Shown: one piece after another, positions 47,871-58,408 of the stretch
Layout: every line of letters begins with the position of its first letter
Position numbering within the stretch: the stretch's first letter is position 1
Origin: an uncultured Planctomycetota bacterium
Lineage (GTDB): Bacteria > Planctomycetota > Planctomycetia > Isosphaerales > Isosphaeraceae
DNA length: 64,000 bases
Direction of reading: 5' to 3'
Assembly (NCBI GenBank): GCA_963737655.1
Contig: CAVTTN010000002.1
Location: forward strand, 5,779,188 to 5,843,187
Notes under the pieces: generated by a model
What the model saw: the letters and a program-made list of their open reading frames with translations, nothing else
What the model was told of the DNA's origin: nothing
The model's database searches: none
Made by a program: the position numbers and the translations under genes

Positions 47871-49622
47871 CTACTTCTTCGCATAAGCCCGAACATAGTC
47901 CACCAGCATGACCGACGGGTCCGGCGTCCGGTCGATCGGCCATCCTCCGCCCAGGGCCAGGTCCACCATCAGGTAGAGCGGCACCTTGGCCTCCTTCGGC
48001 GTCTTGCACCGGCGGAGCTCCACCCGGTCGAAGTAGAAGATGATGACGTCGTCTTCCACCGAGACCCCATAGGTGTGGAAATCGTCGGTCATCCCCGAGA
48101 CGACCGACGGCTCCCCCTCGGCCCAGTGGAAATTGCCGGGGCCCCAGAGGTGGAGCGTGGTGTGGAGCGCGTTCGGGCCCACCCCGTATTGCTCCACCAC
48201 GTCGATCTCGACCTGCGTGATCGTCTTCCTGTCGCGGGGCTCGACCAGTTGCGGCACGCCCATCAGCCAGAACGCCGGCCAGGTGCCCAGGCCCTTCGGG
48301 AGCTTCGCCCTCATCTCGAAGTAGCCGAACTTCTGCGAGAACCCCTGCCCTTTGGGATCGACCGAGCAGATCAGGCCCGACCGCCATCGGCCCTCGACCT
48401 TCTTCGCCTCGATCTTGAGGATTCCGTCCGAGACGGAGAACGGCGAGTTCGGCCCGGGGTCGCCGAACCCGGCGTCGCCGAAGTCCCCCGCATACGGCGT
48501 GTGGGCGATCCACCGAGTCCCCGGCCCCCAGGCCGAGATGCTCAGCGGCTCGCGGAAATCCTCGTCGAACGTGAGCTTGTAGGCGTCCAGGTTCAACGAA
48601 GGTGACCCGAGCTTCGGCAACGGGGCCGAGTTCGAGACCGTGAACGAGCCGACCCGGTACGCCGTCGCGTCGCCGGGGACGGCCGACACGCCCGGGCCCG
48701 TCTTGAGCGGCTTGCGGCCTCCCGCGCTGGCCTTCGGGTCATACAGGCCGAGGACGACCTGATATTCCCCCTCGGCGGCGTCGGTCGGCACGATCACCGT
48801 CTTCGCATACTCGACCTTCCCCGACCACTTCGCGGTGGGGACCGGCGGCTCGTGGTCTCCCTGGAAGGCCATCCGGCCCTTCGAGTCGCGGAAATGGACG
48901 AAGACGGTGCAGTCGCGGCCGGTGGGCTCGGCCTCCCAGCGATAGGTAATTCGCGTCCCGAAGCCGGGACGGCACGAGGTCGGCGACGCGGAGCAGGCGA
49001 GGACCGTCGGCTCCTTCATCGACGGGACCACGGCGCTCAGGTCATCGATCCAGAGACTGCCCAGGCCGGGCGTCTCCGGGCCGACCGAGTCCCTGCCGAC
49101 GTTCAGGCCGAGGCCCGCAGGCCCGCCATGCCACGACCCGTCATTGGCGCCTCCCCAGTGCTCGCCGCCGACGAGGTCGCGGACCTTCAGGACGACCTCC
49201 CGCCAGCCATCGGGCCCGGCGGGGGGCAGCGCCACGCCCTTCTGATGGCACTGGCCGGTCCCGTCGACGAGCCTCACGCCGACCTGATTCACGTTCGCGG
49301 TGCGGACCCAGAGGCGGAACTCCTCGACGTCGGGCAGGCCGGCCGGATCGAGGTCCTTCCAGACCCCGACGTAGGCCCCGCCGCCGCGGAAGTCGGCATC
49401 GAGCTTGTAAGACGCCTTCCCGCCGTGGGCCCGCGTCGAGTCGCGGACGAGCGACCCCTTCGCCCCGGGGAACTCCTCGCCTCCGACGAACTTCCAGCCC
49501 CTGGGCTCGGCCTCGAAGTCGTCGAGGGGGACGGGCTTCGATGGGCCCTGGGCCGAGGATCGCCCGGCGAGGCCGACGAGCAGCGCGAGCGTGACGGTCC
49601 GAATCACCTTGTTCCTGAGCAC
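47871..49622 (-). CDS. secreted glycoside hydrolase family 16 (beta-glucanase-like) with N-terminal beta-sandwich domains
   Basis: Signal peptide MLRNKVIRTVTLALLVGLAGRSSAQG and GH16 catalytic motif EIDVVEQ, with WPAFWLMG, FHTYGV, YLMVDLALGG. Confidence 0.9.
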   Translation of the reverse strand: MLRNKVIRTVTLALLVGLAGRSSAQGPSKPVPLDDFEAEPRGWKFVGGEEFPGAKGSLVRDSTRAHGGKASYKLDADFRGGGAYVGVWKDLDPAGLPDVEEFRLWVRTANVNQVGVRLVDGTGQCHQKGVALPPAGPDGWREVVLKVRDLVGGEHWGGANDGSWHGGPAGLGLNVGRDSVGPETPGLGSLWIDDLSAVVPSMKEPTVLACSASPTSCRPGFGTRITYRWEAEPTGRDCTVFVHFRDSKGRMAFQGDHEPPVPTAKWSGKVEYAKTVIVPTDAAEGEYQVVLGLYDPKASAGGRKPLKTGPGVSAVPGDATAYRVGSFTVSNSAPLPKLGSPSLNLDAYKLTFDEDFREPLSISAWGPGTRWIAHTPYAGDFGDAGFGDPGPNSPFSVSDGILKIEAKKVEGRWRSGLICSVDPKGQGFSQKFGYFEMRAKLPKGLGTWPAFWLMGVPQLVEPRDRKTITQVEIDVVEQYGVGPNALHTTLHLWGPGNFHWAEGEPSVVSGMTDDFHTYGVSVEDDVIIFYFDRVELRRCKTPKEAKVPLYLMVDLALGGGWPIDRTPDPSVMLVDYVRAYAKK

Positions 49623-49722
49623 GGTTCGCCCTCACGATCGGGGACATCCGGGTCAGCCTCTCCCGGCCGATCGTCCTCGTCCCAGAGCGAGGACCGATCG
49701 GCGAGTCGCTGCCCGGAGGGGT

Positions 49723-50292
49723 TCAGAGAAGTGCCGCGAATTCTCGGAGACTCGCGACCGTCTCGGCCAGCCCTTGCCGTTCCAGGGTCGCCAGATAGTC
49801 CTCCACCGACCTCGGAGGTCTCTTCAGACGGGCGCGGACGATCTTGACGGATTCACACACCGACGATTGATGGAGTTCGAGTTCGTTCGCGACGAAATCG
49901 TCGGGGTGGAGGGCCTCGATGCCATACGGCGCGAGGGCGGTTTCGGGGAAGTCCTTGAGGTTGAACGTCACGATGGCATCCGCGTGACATCGGACGGCCG
50001 CGGCCAGGACGTGCCGGTCCTCCGGGTCGGGCAGGACGAGTTCGGGGAGGATCTTCTCGTAGCCGGTGACCAGGCAATCGCGGACGTTCCGGTTCATCAG
50101 GTCGCGGGTTCGTTCCAACGGCCCCAGGGTGAGGTCGCCGCGAACGGCCAGGAGATTCCGGATCCATTCGTCATGGATGCGATCCGTCCAGCGCGCCCGG
50201 AAGAGGTCGGCCGAGGCGAGCTGCATCAGCAGGTCGCGCAGAGGGGCCGGATAGAGCACGCAGGCGTCGTAGACGACCGTCAGCACGGCCAT
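49723..50292 (-). CDS. PIN-domain toxin (PIN_3-like)
   Basis: VVYDACVLYPAPLRDLLMQLA...DPEDRHVLAAAVRCHADAIVTFNLKDFP. It lies 3 nt downstream of the antitoxin gene. Confidence 0.85.
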   Translation of the reverse strand: MAVLTVVYDACVLYPAPLRDLLMQLASADLFRARWTDRIHDEWIRNLLAVRGDLTLGPLERTRDLMNRNVRDCLVTGYEKILPELVLPDPEDRHVLAAAVRCHADAIVTFNLKDFPETALAPYGIEALHPDDFVANELELHQSSVCESVKIVRARLKRPPRSVEDYLATLERQGLAETVASLREFAALL

Positions 50293-50295
50293 TTT

Positions 50296-50799
50296 CTAAT
50301 AACCCATGTCGAGCTCTTGGGCCTGGGCCGCGAGCTCGTCGAGGGTCAGGGATCGGGCCTCGTCGGTCCGCCTCTTGTAGTCCATCAAGTCGACGAACTT
50401 GACGCGACGGTGCCTGCCGACCTTGCGATGCGGGATCTCCCCGCCGTCGAGCAGCTTGCAGAGGTAGGGTCGCGAGACGTTCAGCAGGTCGGCGGCCTGC
50501 TTCGTCGTCAGCTCGGCGTGGACCGGGGTCAGGGTCACCGCGTGGCCCTGGGCCATCTCCGCGAGGATGCCGCCGAGCAGGCGCAACGCCGACGCCGGGA
50601 TCGGGAGCGGCTCCCCGGCCGGCTTCCCCGAGACCCGAACGACGAGTTCGGCGGTCCGAGCGGGGCCGTTCCCGTCGTTCGGCATCAGGAGATCGGCCAG
50701 CGCCGGGCCGAGCCGTCGGCTCGATTCCCGGGCCAACCGGCTTTCCGCCTCGGTCGGGGGTCGCGGGATGGGCCGGGCGGCCGTCTTCGGAGCCGCCAT
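50296..50799 (-). CDS. excisionase/MerR-type HTH antitoxin
   Basis: ELTTKQAADLLNVSRPYLCKLLDGGEIPHRKVGRHRRVKFVDLMDYK. ATG at 50799. Confidence 0.8.
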   Translation of the reverse strand: MAAPKTAARPIPRPPTEAESRLARESSRRLGPALADLLMPNDGNGPARTAELVVRVSGKPAGEPLPIPASALRLLGGILAEMAQGHAVTLTPVHAELTTKQAADLLNVSRPYLCKLLDGGEIPHRKVGRHRRVKFVDLMDYKRRTDEARSLTLDELAAQAQELDMGY

Positions 50800-50877
50800 G
50801 TCTCTGCCTCCTGAGCGAGGACCCGGACGGGATGGGGCACCGGCCCCGCCCTTCCCCTCCTCGGGCGCATTATCCGC

Positions 50878-50898
50878 CGCAATCGCAATAAACGCAAT
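50878..50898 (-). promoter_or_regulatory. possible operator: three ATTGCG repeats upstream of the antitoxin-PIN operon
   Basis: The plus strand reads CGCAATCGCAATAAACGCAAT, which is ATTGCG-TTT-ATTGCG-ATTGCG on the coding strand, 80-100 nt upstream of ATG 50799 in a locally AT-richer patch. Confidence 0.3.
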
Positions 50899-51025
50899 GG
50901 CCGAGATCGGAGGATCCACGCTCGGCGGTCCCAGGATCGACCGGGCCGACCGGTGCCATCATGGCCGGAGGGTGGGCTACCCCTTCTGGGGGCCCACCAC
51001 TCCGGGAAACGCCTTCGGGCGGCCT

Positions 51026-54000
51026 TCAATCGATCTGGATGTCCCCCTCGCGCCTCCCTTTCTTCCTCGTCCTCCTCGTCCATCTCGGCCTCTTCCTGCT
51101 CCTGGGCGTCGGCCGAGGCGATCTCTCCGGGCGGGGTGTTGGGGTCGGGCTCGACCCGGACGCTCTGCGCGTATTCCTTGCCATCGACGGTGAGGACGAT
51201 CCGGTACATGCCGGGAGGGACGGGCCTCAGGCCGCCCCCTCCGCCGAATCCTCCGCCTCCGCCTCCGAACCCGCCGCCCCCGCCGCCGGGGCCCGATTCC
51301 ATGTCCTGGGAGCCGGCCGCTTCCTCGCCGGGCGTCTCGCGAGGGGGGGCGGCCTTCCTCGTGGTCATGTCCCAGGTCGTCCGGTGGAGGCCCGGCGCGT
51401 TCTCGGTCCGGAGCTCCCGGATCGTGGTGCCCTCGTGGTCGAGCACCTTGATGTTGATCTTCTCGGCCTTCTTCGCCAGGTAGTAGTCGACTCGGGCCCC
51501 GGGCTGCGGGTTCTGGCCGACGTACTGCCGGTTCGTCCCCCCTCGGACCGGCGACGGCCGCCAGCGGATCGCCGAGACCGGCCTGTACAGGTGGGCCGGC
51601 TCGGACAGGATCTTGGGCGTGGTCTGGCGGATCGGCGTGACGTCGAGGATCCACAGGCTCCGGCCGTGGGTCGCCGCCACGACCTCGCCGGCCGTCGGGT
51701 GCTGGGCGAAGTCGTGGATCGCCACCGTCGGCAGGTTCGCGTTGATCTTCGACCACGTCTTGCCCCGGTCGATCGACGCGTAGGCGAAGAACTCGGTGCC
51801 GAGGTACAGGACGTCGGGGTTGAACAGGTCTTCACGAAGGCAGCGGGTGGGGCCGGTCGGCAGGTCGCCCTTCAGGGGCTTCCAGGTCTTGCCGTAGTCG
51901 TCGCTGACGTAGGGCATCGGCTCGTCGTCGTCGGAGCGGTGGCCGTCGAAGGCGGCGTAGACCCGGCCGTTGGCGAACCGGGAGGCCTCGATCGTATCGA
52001 CGTACCTCGGCCCGGCGAGCTTCACGTTCTTCGAGATCTCCTCCCACGCCTTGCCGCCGTCCTTCGTGACCCAGAGGTGGCCGTCGTCCGTGCCGACGTA
52101 GAGGACGTTCGGGTCCCTCGGGGATTCGGAGATGGCCGTGGCGCTGCCCTGGTCGGTGCGGGTCAGCTCGGGCGAGATCAGCTTGAGGTCCTCGCCCCGG
52201 TCGAGCGACCGGAACAGGTAGTTGCCCGCGCAGTAGAAGATTTTCGAGTTGTGATGCGAGACGATGAACGGGGTGTTCCAGTTGAACCTCATCGGCTTGC
52301 GGTCGGGGTGGCGGGGGCGGATCGCGGCGGTCTCCCTCGTCCGGAAGTTGCGGCGGACCATCGCGCCGCCCTGGCTGGTGAAGTAGACCTGATCGGGGTC
52401 GTCGGGGTCCACGACGGCGCCGAAGCCGTCGCCGCCGCCGACGGAGACCCAGTCCTCGTTCACCGGGCCGGACCGCGAGTGGGTGAAGCTGGGGCCTCCC
52501 CAGGTCCCGTTGTCCTGGAGGCCGCCGTAGACCCTGTAATCGCGGCGCGTGTCCACGGCGACGCCGTAGAACTGGCCGATCGCGGACTGATTCAGGTGGT
52601 CCCAGTTCTCCATGCGATCATAGGTGGCATAGTAGCCGCCGTCGCACCCGAGGACCATGTGGCGGCCGTCCTTCGGGTCGATCCAGAGGGCGTGGCCGTC
52701 GGCGTGGACGCCCTTGCCGCCGTCGTTGCGGAACGTCTTGCCGCCGTCCTTCGAGCGGTAGAACTCGATCCCCAGGACGTACAGCAACTCGGGGTCGCTG
52801 GGGTCGATCCGCACCTGGCTAAAATACATCGGCCGGGGGTTGATGCTGTTGACCCGGCTCCAGGTCGCCCCGCCGTCGGTGGACTTGTAGACGCCGCCGG
52901 TCTGGTAGCCGTCGGGGCCCTGGCGGTCCTGGACGTTCTCCCTCTGGCTGTTGAGCTGGCCGGCGAACGGGCGGGTCGGGTCGATGTTCCCCTGGGCGTT
53001 GGGCGGCCTCCGGGCGAACTCGACCTCGACCTCCTTCTTCTGGTCGCCCCTCTTGATGCCGAGCTTGACCTTCTCCTCGGGCTTCTTGTCGCGGATCAAG
53101 TCCATCACGGCCGCATACGTCTTCACGGGCTTGCCATCGACGGTCTCGAGGACGTCGCCGGACTCCAGCCCGGCCTTGGCGGCGGGGCCTTCGGGCACGA
53201 CGGTCCTCAAGACGGCGCGGTCGGGGTCATTGCCGCCGACGATCCCGAGGTAGCCGCCGCCCCCGGGCGTGCGGTTCGGCGGGCCGAAGCCGTTCTTCTC
53301 GCTCTCGACGATCGCGACGACGAGGTTCGGGTCCTTGCGGTGCCAGTCCAGGCCGATCCGGCCGAGGTTGCACTCGGGGAGGCCCTTGGTGACCTTCACG
53401 AACGACTTGCCGCCGTCGGTCGTCCGGTACAGGCCCGAGCCCGGCCCCCAGCGCTTGGCCGGCTCGTTCACGTCGAACTCGTCTCGCTGGCGCTCGTACG
53501 TGGCGACCATGAGCGTCTCGGGGTCGAGCGGGTGCATCCTCATGTCGATCACGCCGGTCTTGAAGTCGACGTAAAGGACGCGCTCCCACGTCTTCCCGCC
53601 GTCGCACGTCTTGTACAGGCCGCGGTCCAGGCTCGGGCCGTACAGCCGGCCCAGGGCGCCGACGTAGACGATGTTCGGGTCCTTGGGATGGATCAGGATC
53701 TTGCCGATCTGATACGTATTCTTGAGGCCCATGCAGGTCCACGTCTTGCCGCCATCGACCGACTTGTACACGCCGTCGCCGAACGAGACGGAGTTCCTCG
53801 GGTTGTTCTCGCCGGTGCCGACCCAGACGACCTTCCTGTCCGAGGGGGCCACGCAGACGTCGCCGATCGAGACGGTGGATTCCTTGTCGAACTGGTGCTC
53901 GAAGGTCACGCCGTTGTTCTCGGTCTTCAGGAGCCCGCCGCCGCCGGTGGCGACCCAGAAGGTGCAGGGGTCGGCCTCGAACACGGAGAGGGCGACGACG

Positions 54001-54317
54001 CGACCGCCCATGTTCGCCGGGCCGATCGGCCTCCAGGCCAGGCCCTTGACCCACTCGGGCGAGAGCGAGGTGGATTCGACGGGCTTCGGCGAGTCCTTCG
54101 GCTCCTCCTTCGGCGCCTCGTTGGTCTTCGGGACGTCGGCCGGCTTCGGCTCATCCTTCGGTGAGGTGCCGGTGGCGGACTTCGCGGCCTCCTGGCCTTT
54201 CGTCTGCTCCTGGGCGTTCGCCGAGGGCACGGCGACGGCCAGGGCCGCCAGGATCAGGACCAATCGCCCGACCGTCGGCGCGGTCGGGATGCGGTCATCG
54301 CTCGGGAGGGGCGTCAC
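51026..54317 (-). CDS. secreted sortilin/VPS10-BNR (Asp-box) beta-propeller protein with inserted PDZ domain (frame break at 51043-51047)
   Basis: Signal peptide and Asp-box motifs (YKSVDGGKTW, YKTCDGGKTW, YRTTDGGKSF, YKSTDGGATW, SKDGGKTF, TKDGGKAW). PDZ domain VPEGPAAKAGLESGDVLETVDGKPV. Removing one C of the C5 run gives ...EEEREARGDIQID, stop 51026-51028, and removes the overlap with gene 50296..50799. Confidence 0.85.
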
Positions 54318-54506
54318 GGTGGGGGCTCCAGGAGGGGCGACGGCGAGACTCGGATCGATCGCGACGGCCTGGCTTGAGGGGAGAGGGCGCGGCCCAGCCT
54401 TCGGCGAGTCGTAAGAAAGAGCGTCAGAGATCGGCCGCCCGTCCCGAGTTGTGGGCGAGGGGGCCGGCCCCTATGATAGCGGAAAAGTCGCCGAAAGGAG
54501 GCAGTC

Positions 54507-54836
54507 ATGGCCCCCCGGATCGTCGAAGGCATCTACGGAGACGGCCGAATCCGCCTGGACGAGACCCCCGAGGGCCTCGCCGAGGGGACGCGCGTCCAGG
54601 TCGTCTTCCCCGAGCCGACCGTCTCGGAAGCGGAACGTCAAGCGGCCTGGGATCGGGCGAGGGCCCGCATGGAGGAGGGGTTCCCGCTCGGTGGAGGCCC
54701 CTACCCCAGGAGGGAGGAGCTTTATGACCGCACTTATCGTTTTGATCAAGGAAATCGTCGACACGAATGTCCTCGTCTAGGCCCTGGACCCGCTCTCGGG
54801 TGCCAAGCAGAAAATCGCGCTGGCCCTTCTCGATGA
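54507..54836 (+). CDS. antitoxin (DUF104-like), C-terminal end uncertain
   Basis: MAPRIVEGIYGDGRIRLDETPEGLAEGTRVQVVFPEP...PRREELYDR. The frame as assembled runs on over the start of the PIN gene. Confidence 0.55.
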   Translation: MAPRIVEGIYGDGRIRLDETPEGLAEGTRVQVVFPEPTVSEAERQAAWDRARARMEEGFPLGGGPYPRREELYDRTYRFDQGNRRHECPRLGPGPALGCQAENRAGPSR

Positions 54837-55209
54837 CCTCCGAAGGCGCGGTGTCCTGGCCCTCACGGCCCAGGTCTTGAACGAGCTTTACAACGTCGTG
54901 ACCCGTCTGAACAAATCCCCATCGCTCTCCCACGTCCGGGCGGCGACGATCGTCCGGGATTTGGCGGCCTCGACCGTGGTCTTCCCGCTGACCTCGGCCG
55001 TGACGTTGCGGGCCCTGGACGCCATCCCTCGCCACGGCCTTTCCTTCTGGGATGCCCTGGTCTGGGCCGCCGCCAAGGAGAATGGGGTCCGGGTGATCTA
55101 TACCGAGGATTTCCAGGACGGCCGGGACGTCGAGGGTGTCCTCTACGTCAACCCGTTCCTCGCCGAGGCCGCCGGGCCGCCCCCGTCGGAGGCTATTCCT
55201 CCGGCTTGA
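54724..55209 (+). pseudogene. PIN-domain toxin (VapC-like) with in-frame TAG at 54778-54780
   Basis: MTALIVLIKEIVDTNVLV-TAG-ALDPLSGAKQKIALALLDDLRRRGVLALTAQVLNELYNVV...FWDALVWAAAKENGVRVIYTEDFQDG. It is all one frame, and the TAG sits where the PIN motif DTNVLVYA expects Tyr. Confidence 0.8.
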
Positions 55210-56121
55210 GGGCCTCATCGAGGTCCATCGCCGAGGTGATCCGGGGCTCGGGGCCCTTCAGCGAGTCGAGGTCGGCCTCGTCGCCCTTCTTGAGGTATTC
55301 GGTGCGGACGGTGCCTTCCTCCTTGCCGGGCAGGTAGGCGACGACGTAGGAGTCGCCCAGGACCGTCAGCCGGCCGCTCCGGAGGACCAGGGCCGTCCGT
55401 TCGTCCACGCCGAAGCCGAGGTGGCCGGGATGCTTGGCCAGGAGGCCGAGGAGCCGGTTCATCCTCTTGCGTTGCAGGAAGTGCTGATCGACGATCATGT
55501 CTCGGAGGAGGTCGAACCCCTTGCCCTCGACGGCCTGGGTCCGGCCCGAGACGATCATCACGCGGGAGAGGATCGCCGCCCCGGCCGAGGTCCCGCCGAT
55601 CACTCCGCCCCGGGCGAGGAGGGCCTGGAGCCTCGTTTCGACCCGGGTGCCGACGTAGGCGTCGGCCAGGGCCGATTGCTTCCCCCCGCTGATCCAGACG
55701 GCGGTGGCCTTCTCCAACGGGGCGGAGAACGCGGGGTCGTCGGCCGTCTGGCGGGACCGGGTGTGGAGGAGCCGGACGTTCTTGAGGCCGAGGTCTCGCC
55801 AGGGCTTGAGGTAGACGGCTTCGACCTGGGGCGAGTCGGCCAGGGCATGGGCGGTGGGGATGACGACCAGATCGGCCTCGGCTCCGCCGGCCATCTCCAC
55901 GAACCGGGCCCGGACCTCGTCCGGGAGCTTGCCCCCTCCGCAGACGAACACGGCCCCATGACCGGGCCCTCGGGCGCGACCGGCATCGGGCCCTCGCCGA
56001 CGACCCGCCAGGCCAGGGACCGGCCCGTCAGCCCCAGGACCAGGGCGACGACGGCCAAGAACGCATAGATCGCCACCTTCCCAGGAGGCCGCCCCGGCGC
56101 CGCGATCGTCCGGATCGCCAT
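55193..56121 (-). CDS. cyanophycinase-like peptidase S51 with N-terminal membrane anchor (frame break at 55961-55969)
   Basis: VWISGGKQS, GGVIGGTSAGAAIL (Ser nucleophile), DQHFLQRKRMNRL. The N-terminus MAIRTIAAPGRPPGKVAIYAFLAVVALVLGL (ATG 56121) is one frame off. Confidence 0.8.
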
Positions 56122-56228
56122 CGATTCCCCTCCGCCATGCCGATCTCTGTCCCCGACAGGGGATTGTAAGGCCCGGGCGCCGATGCGTCCAGGCGGCTCG
56201 GGGCCGGCCTCGCCGCGAGGTGCCCGGG

Positions 56229-58310
56229 TCATCGAGAGACGGGCGATCCCCCCGGCGAGGCGGCCAGGGCCTCGCCGTCCTCGGCCCCCCTCGGGCCCCC
56301 CGGGGCCAGGTGACGTCGCCAGCGTTCCCGGGATCGCGGGTCGTCGCCGCAGAGCCAGGGGGACGACAGGCCCAGGCCCGCGGCGAAGAGGCCGAGCCCG
56401 GCGAACGCCGGCGCCAGGTGTTTCAGGTTGTGGTAGCCCACGACCATGTGGACGGCGATCGCGGCGCCATAGCCGGGGATCCCCGCCAGGAGGAAGGTCC
56501 ACCACAGCCAGCCCTCGCCCCGGCGGAATCCCCAGAGGGCGGCCAGGAGGAAGGCCGTCCCCGAGGCCACGAGCATCCCTCCCAGCATCGCGCGGTCGTG
56601 GGCGATGAGCGGGACCAGCCGAGGATGGGCCGCCCGGATCGCCTCGGCCGAGGTGCCGAGGAATTCCAGGTCCTCGGGGACGAAGACCCGGGTGATCCCG
56701 ACCCCGGCGATCACGGCCCCGGCCGTCAGGAAGGCGGAGGCCTGCACGACGAACGCGAGCTGGCCCCACTGGCCCAGTCGCCATCGCCAGCCGTCGTCCA
56801 GGTCGGGCGCCGGGACCCCCCGGGGCGGGTCCAGCCGCGAATGGACGCCCAGCAACAGGAGCTGGAACAGGATCGCGGTCACGAACGCATGAAACGGATC
56901 GAAATATCCGAACCCCAGGAACAGGAAGAAGCTGGCGAAGCCGATCGAGGCCGACCAGACCACGGCGACCTTCGCCCAGTGCCGCCCCCGGCGGCTGCCG
57001 AGCAGCGACAGGCCGATGTAGAGGACGCCGAGGGTCATCATCACGCCGGCCAGGGTCACGCGGTCGTGCGCCAGGAACCGCAGGAGGTGGTCGTTGATCG
57101 CGTGGATTTGCGGGAGGGTCAGCGTCACGAATCCTTCGTCGTAGGGGAGCATGACCCGCGTCGAGGCGATCGCCAGGGCCAGGACGCCCCCGCCCAGCAT
57201 GCCCAGGCCCATCAGCAAGGTCCAGAACCACGAGGCCTCGGCGGCCCTCAGCGGCGGGGCGATGGGCGCGGGCGATCCCGAATTCTCGCGGGCGAAGAGG
57301 ATCGCCTCATTCGCGCGCTTCGGCAGCCCGGGGCCGGAAAAGACCAGCCCGCTGTCGACCTCGACGAGGTCGGCGCCGGCCTCGCGGAGCCCCAGGGCGT
57401 CCTCGGGCGAATGCACGCCTCCCGAGCATGCGATGGCGAACGCCTCGCCCATGGCCCGGCGGATCGTCCGGACGGTCGCCAGGGTCGGCTCGCGGGCCGA
57501 CGGCCCCTTCACCGGGCCATCGATCAGGACGCCCCGGACGCCGGCCTCGGCCCAGCGTTCCAGGCGATCCTCGTCGTCCCCGAGGGCCGGATCGGGCGGG
57601 ACGTGGAGCAAGACCGGCGCGGTCGGGGCGACCTCCCTGGCGAGGTCCATCAACGGGCCCGGCGCGACCCCGGGACCGACGGAGAGGACGAAGATATCGA
57701 CGAGGTCGGCGAGCCGCGCCATCATCGGCCGGAGCTCGCGCCGGACCGTCTCGCAATCCGCCCCGCGATCGAAGACCAGGCGGGCGAGGCGGGGGATCGC
57801 CCGCTTCGGGCCCCCCTCCAATCGCCGGGCGAGCGCCTCGAACCCCGGATTCCTGGGCGGATCGGCCATCACGAGCGATTCGGTGGCGAGGTCGCGCCGG
57901 ACGTCGTCGGCCGAGGCCCTCGGGGCGAACGAGACGGGCCCGACCTCGACGAAGCCGAACCCGAATCGCGAGAGGGCCGGCAGGGCCAGGGCGTGGACAT
58001 CGACCCCGCATCCCAGGCCGACCGGGCTGGGGAACGGGATGCCGATCACGGTCGTCCTCAGGCGATCGGACGGGCCCATGTGGCCGAGGAAATCGATCAC
58101 GGCCGGTCCCAGGGGCATCCTCGCGAGCAGGCCCATCGCCCCCAGGGTCAGGTCGCGGGCGAGGAGGCCGGGCATCCGGAAGAGCACCGGGCGGAAGACG
58201 GTGCGATAGGACCAGTCGGGCACGGCGGCCTCCCGCGATCCAAAGGGTTCCCCGGCGGTTTGACGTAGCCTAACCGAGCCGCCGAAGGGGAGCGAGGGGC
58301 GCGTCCTCAT
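56229..58310 (-). CDS. dihydroorotate-dehydrogenase-like TIM-barrel domain fused to a polytopic membrane domain
   Basis: N-terminal half: GIPFPSPVGLGCGVD, FGFGFVEVGPVS, ACSGGVHSPEDALGLREAGADLVEVDSGLVFSGPGL. C-terminal ~330 aa have about 8 hydrophobic segments. The frame is intact (693 aa). Confidence 0.75.
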   Translation of the reverse strand: MRTRPSLPFGGSVRLRQTAGEPFGSREAAVPDWSYRTVFRPVLFRMPGLLARDLTLGAMGLLARMPLGPAVIDFLGHMGPSDRLRTTVIGIPFPSPVGLGCGVDVHALALPALSRFGFGFVEVGPVSFAPRASADDVRRDLATESLVMADPPRNPGFEALARRLEGGPKRAIPRLARLVFDRGADCETVRRELRPMMARLADLVDIFVLSVGPGVAPGPLMDLAREVAPTAPVLLHVPPDPALGDDEDRLERWAEAGVRGVLIDGPVKGPSAREPTLATVRTIRRAMGEAFAIACSGGVHSPEDALGLREAGADLVEVDSGLVFSGPGLPKRANEAILFARENSGSPAPIAPPLRAAEASWFWTLLMGLGMLGGGVLALAIASTRVMLPYDEGFVTLTLPQIHAINDHLLRFLAHDRVTLAGVMMTLGVLYIGLSLLGSRRGRHWAKVAVVWSASIGFASFFLFLGFGYFDPFHAFVTAILFQLLLLGVHSRLDPPRGVPAPDLDDGWRWRLGQWGQLAFVVQASAFLTAGAVIAGVGITRVFVPEDLEFLGTSAEAIRAAHPRLVPLIAHDRAMLGGMLVASGTAFLLAALWGFRRGEGWLWWTFLLAGIPGYGAAIAVHMVVGYHNLKHLAPAFAGLGLFAAGLGLSSPWLCGDDPRSRERWRRHLAPGGPRGAEDGEALAASPGGSPVSR

Positions 58311-58408
58311 TGCCCGGCCGGGGCGCGGTCCTTATGATGTCGGGATTGCGGGCAAAGGCCGGGCCGAGGGGTCGGCCCGCCGCGACGTCCCGAAGGCCCC
58401 GAGCCGTC

